Source of the DNA: Candidatus Omnitrophota bacterium
GTDB lineage: Bacteria; Omnitrophota; Gorgyraeia; Zapsychrales; Fredricksoniimonadaceae
NCBI GenBank assembly: GCA_030650275.1
Contig: JAUSEK010000005.1
Span: 39,307-103,306 of the forward strand
DNA length: 64,000 bases
Reading direction: 5' to 3'
How positions within the stretch are numbered: the first letter of the stretch is position 1; the number at the start of each line of letters is the position of its first letter. Position numbers and translations under genes: made by a program. This document shows positions 9,711 to 18,492 of this stretch, piece by piece. The notes under the pieces were generated by a model. The model was not told where the DNA came from, searched no databases, and worked only from the letters and a program-made list of their open reading frames with translations.

Positions 9711-10901
9711 ATGGCTGTCTTTAATCGTGTTTGTTGTCCAGGGTGCGGTCAAAATCATAATGTCTATAAAAGAGACGTTAAGGAAATCATTTGTACGCAT
9801 TGCAAAGCAGAGATCAAAATCAGTTCCCGGGAGGGTAATTATTTTATCGAGCATTACTTCAACGGCAGGAGAAAAAGAGAGAAAGTAGGTTCCAGCCGAA
9901 AATTAGCTGAAACGGTTTTAGCCAAGCGTAAGGTCGAAATTGCTGAAGGCAAGTTTCTCGATGTTAACAAAAGTGAAAAGATCAAGTTTGAAATTTTTGG
10001 CAACGAGTTTATTAATGTCCATTCCAAGGTTAATAAAAAGAGTTGGCAGTCAGATCGCTACAATCTTAATAGCTTGGGTAAGTTTTTTGGAGGCAAATAC
10101 CTTTACGAAATCAAAGTCAAAGATATCGAAGATTTCAAGTTGGAACGTTCTAAAACCGCTTCACCGGCTACAGTTAATCGGGAGCTGGCTACTTTAAAGA
10201 CGTTATTTAATAAAGCGGTGCTTTGGGACAAGCTTAAAGAGACTCCTGCAAAAGCTGTTACTTTCTTGAGAGAGCCAAAAGGCCGGGTCCGGTTCCTGGA
10301 ACGTGAGGAGATCGTTAAATTGCTTTCCAATTGCAATAAAAAGCTGCGACCCATTGTGGTTGTTGCCTTAAATACCGGGATGCGCAGAGGAGAGATTTTA
10401 GGCTTAAAATGGTCAGATGTTGATCTCAAAAGGGCTATTTTAACCCTCCATGACACCAAGAATGGTGAAAAGCGGGAAGTATACATAAATGAGCAGGTCA
10501 AGACGGCTTTGATTAGGATACCCAGGAATGCCCAAAGTCCTTATGTTTTCTGCGGTTCCAACGGAAAACCATACCAGGATGTTCGCAAATCATTCTGGAC
10601 AGCCCTGCGTAAATCTGATATAAAAGAGTTTCATTTTCATGACCTGCGGCATACTTTCGCAAGCCAGTTGGTCATGGCCGGTATAGATCTAAATACAGTG
10701 CGAGAATTATTAGGCCATAAGGATATAAGAATGACATTGCGTTATAGCCATTTATCGGCAAGCCATAAAAAACATGCGGTGGACGTTTTAGGTAAAAAGA
10801 TAGACACTTTTTGGACACTAGACGGTGATTCTAAAAGTAAGCAAAATTATGATTTATCGCAAGTTATTGGAAATAAACAACTAATGAGGTCCGGGACGTA
10901 G
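9711..10901 (+). CDS. Tyrosine recombinase/integrase with N-terminal CxxC..CxxC
   Basis: TGMRRGE, TKNG, FHDLRHTF, LGH, RY catalytic motifs; alternative start TTG 9702. Confidence 0.95.
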   Translation: MAVFNRVCCPGCGQNHNVYKRDVKEIICTHCKAEIKISSREGNYFIEHYFNGRRKREKVGSSRKLAETVLAKRKVEIAEGKFLDVNKSEKIKFEIFGNEFINVHSKVNKKSWQSDRYNLNSLGKFFGGKYLYEIKVKDIEDFKLERSKTASPATVNRELATLKTLFNKAVLWDKLKETPAKAVTFLREPKGRVRFLEREEIVKLLSNCNKKLRPIVVVALNTGMRRGEILGLKWSDVDLKRAILTLHDTKNGEKREVYINEQVKTALIRIPRNAQSPYVFCGSNGKPYQDVRKSFWTALRKSDIKEFHFHDLRHTFASQLVMAGIDLNTVRELLGHKDIRMTLRYSHLSASHKKHAVDVLGKKIDTFWTLDGDSKSKQNYDLSQVIGNKQLMRSGT

Positions 10902-10968
10902 CGCAGTTGGCTAGCGCACTTGAATGGGGTTCAAGAGGCCGTGAGTTCAAATCTCACCGTCCCGACCA
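10892..10968 (+). tRNA. tRNA-Pro (anticodon GGG)
   Basis: Acceptor stem CGGGACG/CGTCCCG, anticodon arm CTTGA-ATGGGGT-TCAAG, GTTCAAATC T-loop, encoded CCA. Confidence 0.97.
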
Positions 10969-11050
10969 TTTTAATTTAGGGAAGTGAGATTTGAAGCCGA
11001 CCCGAGCGCCATTGGTCCAAGCGAGGGCGGCCGACTGCGGGGGAATACCA

Positions 11051-11407
11051 ATGACAGACTCTTTCAAAGACCGCCGGCAGCATGTCCGTATTTACCGTAA
11101 CTATATCCTTTCCTATCATTTAAAGGGGAAAGGCAACATCAAATACGAAATGTCGCAGGTCAATAATATCAGCAAAGGCGGGATCAATTTCATTGTCAAC
11201 GCGCCCTTTGAGCCCGGCAGTGAACTGGTCATTGAGCTCAAGACGCCGTTTTTAGGCGACAACGTCACCCTGGAGGGGGTGGTCCTGGACTCAAAGGAAA
11301 AGATCCCGGGGCTCCTGTATGAGGCCAGGGTCCAATTCCATGAACTTTCGGCACAAGCCCAGGATGTTCTGGACAAGATCGAGCGTTATTCTTCCGAAAA
11401 TAAATAA
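11051..11407 (+). CDS. PilZ-domain protein (c-di-GMP receptor)
   Basis: RRQHVR (RxxxR) and NISKGG (D/NxSxxG). Confidence 0.85.
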   Translation: MTDSFKDRRQHVRIYRNYILSYHLKGKGNIKYEMSQVNNISKGGINFIVNAPFEPGSELVIELKTPFLGDNVTLEGVVLDSKEKIPGLLYEARVQFHELSAQAQDVLDKIERYSSENK

Positions 11408-11428
11408 GGATAATCGTGTGAGGTTCGT

Positions 11429-12724
11429 ATGGAACGCATCAATATCGGTTTGATCGGCTATGGCGTCATCGGACAAGGGGTCGTCAAGATCCTGAAAAGC
11501 CGCCGTAAATTCTATAAAGACAAATATCAAAAAGATTTCTTTATCAAGACCATCGCGGACCGCAGCATTGCCAAAAAACCCTCACCCGGTCTGGACAATA
11601 CTTTTTTGACCCCGGACTATCATGCCGTGCTCAATGACAAGGATATTTCCATCGTCATTGAACTCATCGGCGGCATGAATCCGGCCAAGGACATCGCTTT
11701 GTCCGTTTTGCGTTCCGGGAAGCATTTGATCACCGCCAACAAGGAACTGATCGCCAATTGCGGCCAGGAACTTTTCAAAGAGGCCAATGCCGCCGGTAAA
11801 AGCGTTTATTTTGAATCCGCGGTCGGGGCCGGCATTCCCATCATCCGCACCATCACCGAGGGTCTGGCCGGCAATAAATTCAACGGCGTCTACGGGATCA
11901 TCAACGGCACCTGCAATTATATTTTGACCGAAATGTCCCGGAGACAATTGACGTTCCAGCAGGCCCTGAAAGAAGCGCAGGAAAAAGGATATGCCGAAAG
12001 CAATCCGACTTTGGACATCAACGGCATGGACGCGGCGCACAAACTGGCTATTCTGGTTTTCTTGACCCAGGGGAAGTTCGTCGGGGTCAAGGATTTTTAT
12101 ACCGAGGGGATCAATCATATTTCCCACGAGGACATTGAATTCGCCGGTAACCTGAATCTGACCATACGGCTTTTGGCCATTGCCAAGAGGGTCGGCAATG
12201 AACTTGACGTGCGTGTGCATCCGACGCTGATCCCCAAAGAGCACGCGTTGGCCACGGTCAACGGTGTGGACAATGCCATCTTTTTGGATACCGACCCGCT
12301 GGGTGATATTTTCATTGAAGGTCAGGGCGCGGGGCAGATGACCGCGGCCTCCGGGGTCGTCAGCGATCTGGTCAATGTGGCCATGCGCAAAGACATGGCC
12401 ATGCCGGTGTGGGCGGGCAACCCCATTGAAGAGGGGGAGGGCCTCACCATCCGCAAGATCGATGAAGTGGAGACCCGTTTTTACATCCGTTTCATGGTCA
12501 TTGACAAACCCGGTGTTCTGGCGATCATCACCGGTGTTTTGGGCCAGCACAATATCAGCATCGCGTCCGTCACCCAGAAACAGGAAAATAAGGGCCTGAC
12601 CGTTCCCGTGGTCATGTTGACCCATGGCGCCAAGGAACATCTGGTGCGCGAGGCACTGGAACAGATCAATCATCTGGCGGTGGTGCGCAGCAAACCCGTG
12701 GCCATCCGCATGGAGAAGTTATGA
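11429..12724 (+). CDS. hom: Homoserine dehydrogenase
   Basis: [26 protein letters not shown] motifs and C-terminal ACT domain. Confidence 0.97.
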   Translation: MERINIGLIGYGVIGQGVVKILKSRRKFYKDKYQKDFFIKTIADRSIAKKPSPGLDNTFLTPDYHAVLNDKDISIVIELIGGMNPAKDIALSVLRSGKHLITANKELIANCGQELFKEANAAGKSVYFESAVGAGIPIIRTITEGLAGNKFNGVYGIINGTCNYILTEMSRRQLTFQQALKEAQEKGYAESNPTLDINGMDAAHKLAILVFLTQGKFVGVKDFYTEGINHISHEDIEFAGNLNLTIRLLAIAKRVGNELDVRVHPTLIPKEHALATVNGVDNAIFLDTDPLGDIFIEGQGAGQMTAASGVVSDLVNVAMRKDMAMPVWAGNPIEEGEGLTIRKIDEVETRFYIRFMVIDKPGVLAIITGVLGQHNISIASVTQKQENKGLTVPVVMLTHGAKEHLVREALEQINHLAVVRSKPVAIRMEKL

Positions 12725-13779
12725 TGGTCCGTTGGACAGGCGTCATTGAGCGTTACCGTGAATATCTGCCGGTTTCCCAAAAGACCCCGGTCGTCACCCT
12801 GCATGAAGGCAATACGCCTTTGATCCCGTCGGAAGAATTGTCCAAACGCACCGGCCTGCAGGTTTTCTTGAAATATGAGGGTTTAAACCCGACGGGGTCT
12901 TTCAAAGACCGCGGCATGACCATGGCCATTTCCAAGGCCGCTGAAAAAAAGGCCAGGGTGGTCATCTGCGCGTCCACCGGCAACACCTCGGCTTCGGCCG
13001 CGGCGTATGCCGCCCGTGCCGGGATGAAATGCGTTGTCCTGATCCCCAACGGCAACATTGCTCTGGGCAAATTGGCCCAGGCCATGGTGCATCAAGCACA
13101 GGTCATTGCCATTGACGGTAATTTTGACGATGCTTTAAACCTGGTCAAGGACATCGCGGCCCATTATCCGGTGGAACTGGTCAATTCCATCAATCCTTTC
13201 CGTATTGAAGGGCAAAAGACAGCCGCTTTTGAGATCTGTGATTTCTTAGGGGACGCCCCGGATTTTCATGCCATACCCGTTGGCAATGCCGGTAATATCA
13301 CGGCGTATTGGAAAGGGTATCAAGAATACAAGTCCGCGGGCAAAAGCAAAATTTTGCCGAAAATGCTTGGATTCCAGGCCGCGGGCGCCGCGCCCATTGT
13401 TGAAAACCGTGTCATTAAAGATCCAGACACCATCGCGACTGCCATCCGCATCGGCAATCCGGCCAGTTGGAAGGCGGCGGTCGCGGCCCGCGACGAGTCC
13501 AAAGGAACGATCGACAAGGTGACGGACGCCCAGATCCTGGAGGCCTATCGTTTGATCGCCGGCGCCGGTATTTTCGCGGAACCGGCCAGCGCCGCATCCA
13601 TTGCCGGCATTTTGAAGTTGACCCAAAGCGGGTATTTTGCTCAACACAAGGGCGGGCGCATTGTCTGCACCCTGACCGGGCATGGACTTAAAGATCCCGG
13701 CACAGCCATGAAGGACCTGCCCCAGCCGCCGGTTGTTGCCGCGGACCGCAAAGCCATTTTATCGCTCATAGGATTGTGA
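12721..13779 (+). CDS. thrC: Threonine synthase
   Basis: [34 protein letters not shown]. Confidence 0.97.
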   Translation: MMVRWTGVIERYREYLPVSQKTPVVTLHEGNTPLIPSEELSKRTGLQVFLKYEGLNPTGSFKDRGMTMAISKAAEKKARVVICASTGNTSASAAAYAARAGMKCVVLIPNGNIALGKLAQAMVHQAQVIAIDGNFDDALNLVKDIAAHYPVELVNSINPFRIEGQKTAAFEICDFLGDAPDFHAIPVGNAGNITAYWKGYQEYKSAGKSKILPKMLGFQAAGAAPIVENRVIKDPDTIATAIRIGNPASWKAAVAARDESKGTIDKVTDAQILEAYRLIAGAGIFAEPASAASIAGILKLTQSGYFAQHKGGRIVCTLTGHGLKDPGTAMKDLPQPPVVAADRKAILSLIGL

Positions 13780-13780
13780 C

Positions 13781-14344
13781 ATGAGGGTCTTGATCACATG
13801 CGGGCCAACCTGGGTTCCTATTGACCGCGTTCGGGTGATCAGCAACCGTTCAACGGGGGAAATGGGCCGTGCCCTGGCCCGGGCGTTCCTGAAACGCAAA
13901 GCGCACGTGACTCTGCTTGAGGGGCCGATGGCTTTTGATGAACTCAAAAGCGTTCTTAAGAAAGAAGTGCAAAAGGGGCATGACGTTGTCATTCACGCGG
14001 CCGCTGTTTCGGATTTTAAACTTAAAACGCCGCTGAAGGGAAAGGTCAGTTCCCGCAAACCCCTGGTCCTGAAATTGACACCGACCCCCAAGATCATCGC
14101 GTTGATCAAAAAATGGTCGCCGCGGACATTTTTGGTGGGGTTTAAATTGGAGCCCGGCCTGACACGTTCACGCGTACGGCGTTTGACACAGGAACTTTTC
14201 AGGACGGGCTGTGATCTGGTGGTGGCCAACACCGTTGAAAACGGATACAAAGGTTTTATTGTGGATGCGGACGGCCATATTCTGGCGCAGGCGTCGAAAA
14301 AAAAGAAAATCGCAGAATTGTTGGTAAAATTATTAATTCGTTAA
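13781..14344 (+). CDS. Stand-alone phosphopantothenoylcysteine synthetase (CoaB-like)
   Basis: ITCGPT..PID.VR.ISNRSTG.MG, AAAVSDF, VGFKLE, VVAN. Confidence 0.8.
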   Translation: MRVLITCGPTWVPIDRVRVISNRSTGEMGRALARAFLKRKAHVTLLEGPMAFDELKSVLKKEVQKGHDVVIHAAAVSDFKLKTPLKGKVSSRKPLVLKLTPTPKIIALIKKWSPRTFLVGFKLEPGLTRSRVRRLTQELFRTGCDLVVANTVENGYKGFIVDADGHILAQASKKKKIAELLVKLLIR

Positions 14345-14345
14345 T

Positions 14346-14402
14346 GTAGGGGCGATGCTTGTCATCGCCCGCGATGAGGGCGAACACAAGGTTCGCCCCT
14401 AC
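14346..14402. repeat. GTAG-type REP doublet
   Basis: GTAGGGGCG...CGCCC and GGGCGAAC...GTTCGCCCCTAC in inverted orientation. Confidence 0.85.
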
Positions 14403-14410
14403 GGTCAATC

Positions 14411-15613
14411 ATGAAATATATCATTCTTGTTCCTGACGGTGTAGCGGATGAACCGTGCGCTCAACTCAACGGCAAGACGCCTTTGGAAGCCGCCCATACC
14501 GTTAACATGGATGACATGGCCCGCAACGGTCTGTGCGGGCTCGTTAAGACCATTCCCGATGGTTTGGCGCCGGGATCGGATGTTGGTAATTTAGCTCTCC
14601 TGGGCTACGATCCCAGGGTCAATTTTTCCGGACGGGCGCCTTTGGAAGCCGCGAACATGGGCGTCATCCTGAAAGCCGATGAGGTGGCGTTCCGTTGTAA
14701 TCTGGTCACCGTCATCGACGGGAAGATGGTGGATTATAGCGCGGGACACATTGATTCCGAGGAAGCCAGAAATTTGATCGAGGACCTGCAGCGGGCCATT
14801 GACTGGCCGGACGTGCGTTTTTATGCGGGCAAGGGTTACCGGCATTTGATGGTCATTAAAAGTTTGAACGTTGAGAAATTGTCCGCGATCAAGACCATGG
14901 CGCCGCACGATATTCCGGGTCAGCCCGTCGCCGGCCATTTGCCGTCGGGCCCGCAAAGCGAGATCCTGTTGACCCTGATGGAAAAATCCAGGAAGATCCT
15001 GGGCGGGCACGCGATCAACCATGCCCGTGAGGGCCTGGGGGACAAGCCGGCCAATCAGATCTGGCTGTGGGGGCAGGGGAAAAAACCGGACCTTCCGTCG
15101 TTCAAGGAACGCTGGGATCTGACCGGCGCGGTGATCTCGGCGGTGGACCTGGTCAACGGCATCGGCCGCCTGGCCGGTTTGAAAGTCATCACCGTGCCCG
15201 GAGCCAACGGCTATTACGATACCAATTACAAGGGAAAAGCCGAATATGCGCTGGAGGCCCTGAAAGACCATGATCTTGTGTACGTGCACGTGGAAGCCCC
15301 CGACGAGGCCGGACATAACGGGGACCTTAAGATGAAGATGGAAACGATCGAACGTTTTGACCGGGACCTGGTCGGTACCATCTTGAACCGTTACGGCAAG
15401 AACGATGACGCGCGTATTCTGGTGACCCCTGACCATCCGACCCCGGTGGCCAAACGGACCCACACGTCATCCCCGGTGCCGTTCGTGATGTTCGGCCGCG
15501 GCATCAAGTCCAATGGCGCGGTCCAATACGGAGAAACAGCCGCGGCCAAGAACGGATTGAAATTCCAAAGCGGCGAAGAGATGATGCGTTATTTTTTGAA
15601 AACAGGGAATTGA
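14411..15613 (+). CDS. ApgM-type cofactor-independent phosphoglycerate mutase / proposed homoserine kinase
   Basis: DGVAD, KTPLEAA, PGSDV, HVEAPDEAGH, PDHPTP motifs; located in the thr cluster. Confidence 0.9.
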   Translation: MKYIILVPDGVADEPCAQLNGKTPLEAAHTVNMDDMARNGLCGLVKTIPDGLAPGSDVGNLALLGYDPRVNFSGRAPLEAANMGVILKADEVAFRCNLVTVIDGKMVDYSAGHIDSEEARNLIEDLQRAIDWPDVRFYAGKGYRHLMVIKSLNVEKLSAIKTMAPHDIPGQPVAGHLPSGPQSEILLTLMEKSRKILGGHAINHAREGLGDKPANQIWLWGQGKKPDLPSFKERWDLTGAVISAVDLVNGIGRLAGLKVITVPGANGYYDTNYKGKAEYALEALKDHDLVYVHVEAPDEAGHNGDLKMKMETIERFDRDLVGTILNRYGKNDDARILVTPDHPTPVAKRTHTSSPVPFVMFGRGIKSNGAVQYGETAAAKNGLKFQSGEEMMRYFLKTGN

Positions 15614-15614
15614 T

Positions 15615-16838
15615 ATGGAAAAAGAGATCGTTGTCCAGAAATTCGGCGGGTCCTCAGTGGCTGACGTTGAACGCATCAAGAACGTGGCCAGCCGGGTCGT
15701 CTCCTATAAGGACAAACATACCGATATCGTGGTCGTTGTTTCCGCGCTGGGGGACACGACGGATGAACTGGAGTCGCTGGCGTTCCAATTGAGCCAAGAT
15801 CCGCCTGAACGCGAGATGGACATGCTGTTGTCCACCGGCGAACAGATCTCCTGCGCTCTTCTGGCCATGGCCATCAAGGAATTGGGATATGACGCCATTT
15901 CCTATACGGGCCGGCAGGTGGGCATCAAGACGGACAAGACGCATACCAAGGCGCGCATCATCACCATTGACGACAAACGGATCCGCAGGGCTTTCAAGGA
16001 CAACAAGATCGTCATCGTGGCCGGTTATCAGGGCGTGACGTCCCAGGACGATATCACCACCCTGGGGCGCGGCGGTTCGGATCTGACCGCGGTGGCGCTG
16101 GCCAAAGCGTTAAGGGCGAAGGTCTGCGAGATCTACACCGACGTGGACGGCATTTATACCGCTGACCCGCGCATTGTGCCTGAAGCCCGCAAGATCAAAC
16201 AGATCACGTTTGATGAGATGCTGGAAATGGCTTCTTTGGGCGCGCAGGTCATGCAGGCGCGTTCCATCGAGGTGGCCAAACGTTTCAACATTCCCTTATA
16301 CGTTCGTTCGAGCTTTTCAAAGGAGGAAGGGACCATGATCGTCAAAGAAACCGAGAAAATGGAAGAGATCGCCGTGCGGGGGATCACCTGCAATAAGGGC
16401 GAGGCCAAGGTCACCATTTGTTCTGTTCCGGACAAGCCGGGCATCGCGGCGAAGATATTCGGGGAGATCTCCAAGAGCGGCATCAACGTGGACACGATCG
16501 TCCAGAACGTTCCGCACGACCGGTTGTCCGATATTTCTTTCACCGTGCCCAAGACAGATCTCAACGAGACCATCAAGGTGACCACCGCCATCGGCAAAAA
16601 GATCGGTGCCGGGGAAATCTTGGAGGACAGGAACATCGCCCGCGTTTCCCTGGTCGGGTCGGGCATGCGTTCGCACAGCGGCATCGCGGCCAGGATGTTC
16701 AAGACATTGGCGGACAATGCCATCAACATCGAGATGATCTCCACGTCCGAGATCAGCGTGTCCTGCATCATCCAGCAGGACCTGGCGGACAAGGCGGTCA
16801 GATCTCTGCACAAGGCGTTCAAATTAGAGGCCATTTAA
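15615..16838 (+). CDS. lysC: Aspartokinase
   Basis: VQKFGGSSV, TTLGRGGSD, YTDVDG and two ACT domains. Confidence 0.97.
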   Translation: MEKEIVVQKFGGSSVADVERIKNVASRVVSYKDKHTDIVVVVSALGDTTDELESLAFQLSQDPPEREMDMLLSTGEQISCALLAMAIKELGYDAISYTGRQVGIKTDKTHTKARIITIDDKRIRRAFKDNKIVIVAGYQGVTSQDDITTLGRGGSDLTAVALAKALRAKVCEIYTDVDGIYTADPRIVPEARKIKQITFDEMLEMASLGAQVMQARSIEVAKRFNIPLYVRSSFSKEEGTMIVKETEKMEEIAVRGITCNKGEAKVTICSVPDKPGIAAKIFGEISKSGINVDTIVQNVPHDRLSDISFTVPKTDLNETIKVTTAIGKKIGAGEILEDRNIARVSLVGSGMRSHSGIAARMFKTLADNAINIEMISTSEISVSCIIQQDLADKAVRSLHKAFKLEAI

Positions 16839-18406
16839 TGTCCAAAGTTATCATCTACGATACAACCTTGCGCGACGGTTCGCAGACCGAGGGCGTGTCT
16901 TATACCGTCAGCGACAAGGTCAAGATCACCGAGAAGCTCGATGAGCTGGGCGTGCATTACATCGAGGGCGGGTGGCCGGGCTCTAATCCCAAGGACAAAG
17001 AATTTTTTGAGTTGATGAAGCTCCGCAAGCTCAAGAACGCGGTTTTGGCTTCTTTCGGTTCCACGCGCCGGGCGAATGTCAAGCCGGGGGATGACAATAA
17101 TCTCAAAGAATTGGTCGCTTCCCAAACAAAAACCGTGACCATTTTCGGCAAGTCATGGGACCTGCATGTCACCGATGTCATCAAGACAACACTGGCCGAA
17201 AATTTGAAAATGATCGGGGACAGCGTGGCTTTCCTCAAAAGCCACCGGTTGGAAGTGTTTTACGATGCCGAGCATTTTTTCGACGGGTATAAACATAATC
17301 CGGCCTATGCCCTGAAGACCGTTTTGGCCGCGCAAAAGGCCAAGGCCGATTGTATCATTTTGTGCGATACCAACGGCGGCACCTTGCCCGAAGAAGTGAC
17401 CAGGATCGTCAAGGAGGTCAAAAAGAAAATCAGGACGCCTTTGGGGATTCACACCCATAATGATATGGACCTGGCGGTGGCCAATACCCTGGCCGGCGTC
17501 AATGCCGGATGCGTGCAGGTGCAGGGGACGTTCAATGGTCTGGGCGAACGCTGCGGCAACGCGGACTTATGCACCGTCATCGCCATCCTGCACACCAAGA
17601 TGAAAAAAACATCCATCCCGGAAAACAAGATCAAACATTTGATGGAGACGTCGTATTATTTGAGCGAGGTGAGCAATTATACGCTTTCCAATAACCACGC
17701 GTTCGTGGGGCACGCGGCTTTTGCCCACAAGGGCGGGGTGCACATTGATGCCATCCTTAAGAACCCGATGGCCTATGAACACATCGAACCGTCCATTGTC
17801 GGCAATCACCGCCGTCTTTTGACCTCTGAATTGGCGGGCAAGATGCCCATCATCCTCAAGGCGCAGAAGATGAACATCACTCTGGACAAGAATTCCGAAC
17901 AGACCAAGAAGCTCCTCGCGGACCTTCAGCAGTACGAGCATGCCGGTTATCAGTTTGAGGCCGCGGACGCGTCCTTCGAATTGTTCATGAAACGCCGTTT
18001 GGGCCAGTACCAGCCGTTCTATCATCTGGACGGGTTCAAGGTCTTTACCGAGAAGAAACCCGACGGCACGGTCGCGGCCGGGGCCACGGTGCGTTTGAAG
18101 GTCAACGGCCATGACGAGATCGCCACCGTTGAAGGCCATGGTCCGGTTGAGGTCCTGGACAGGGCCCTGCGCGGCGCTTTGAAAAAGTTCTATCCGGCCC
18201 TGGAAGACATGCACCTTTCGGATTACAAGGTGCGTGTTTTGGACAGCAAGGAAGGGACCGGCGCCAAGGTGCGCGTTTTGATCGAATCACAGGACACGAA
18301 GGATTCGTGGACAACCGTCGGCGTCCACGAAAACGTCATTGAAGCCAGTTGGGAAGCGTTGGCGGACAGCATTGAGTACAAACTCTTGAAAGATAAGAAA
18401 GTTTAG
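16838..18406 (+). CDS. cimA: Citramalate synthase
   Basis: YDTTLRDGSQ, EGGWPGSNPKD, HTHND, GERCGNA, AHKGGVH; start overlaps the lysC stop. Confidence 0.92.
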   Translation: MSKVIIYDTTLRDGSQTEGVSYTVSDKVKITEKLDELGVHYIEGGWPGSNPKDKEFFELMKLRKLKNAVLASFGSTRRANVKPGDDNNLKELVASQTKTVTIFGKSWDLHVTDVIKTTLAENLKMIGDSVAFLKSHRLEVFYDAEHFFDGYKHNPAYALKTVLAAQKAKADCIILCDTNGGTLPEEVTRIVKEVKKKIRTPLGIHTHNDMDLAVANTLAGVNAGCVQVQGTFNGLGERCGNADLCTVIAILHTKMKKTSIPENKIKHLMETSYYLSEVSNYTLSNNHAFVGHAAFAHKGGVHIDAILKNPMAYEHIEPSIVGNHRRLLTSELAGKMPIILKAQKMNITLDKNSEQTKKLLADLQQYEHAGYQFEAADASFELFMKRRLGQYQPFYHLDGFKVFTEKKPDGTVAAGATVRLKVNGHDEIATVEGHGPVEVLDRALRGALKKFYPALEDMHLSDYKVRVLDSKEGTGAKVRVLIESQDTKDSWTTVGVHENVIEASWEALADSIEYKLLKDKKV

Positions 18407-18487
18407 GACGGGTCCTGTCTTCGGTTTTCCCCCAGCGTGCTCGTTCCTGCGCGCGCCGGGGGGCCCCCTACCGAAGCCACCCGTACC
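18406..18487. repeat. Long imperfect hairpin filling the cimA-valS spacer
   Basis: ACGGGT/ACCCGT, CTTCGGT/ACCGAAG and CCCCC-GCGTGC/GCGCGC-GGGGG nested stems. Confidence 0.6.
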
Positions 18488-18492
18488 ACACC

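Larger units (their letters stand above)
1..10901 (+). mobile_element. Integrative conjugative element, right-hand part (left end outside window), integrated at tRNA-Pro
   Basis: Co-oriented T4SS genes, coupling protein, excisionase and tyrosine integrase ending at a tRNA; visibly more AT-rich than the core genes after 11 kb. Confidence 0.9.

Noticed and set aside
10996-11031. GC-rich hairpin after tRNA-Pro
   Set aside because: Imperfect, single copy, no U-tract; cannot be assigned
16418-16837. 140-aa N-terminal extension of cimA in the ORF track
   Set aside because: Shadow frame overlapping lysC; homology starts at MSKVIIYD (16838), coupled to the lysC stop
18406-18492. T-box upstream of valS
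   Set aside because: Too short; no T-box consensus or terminator
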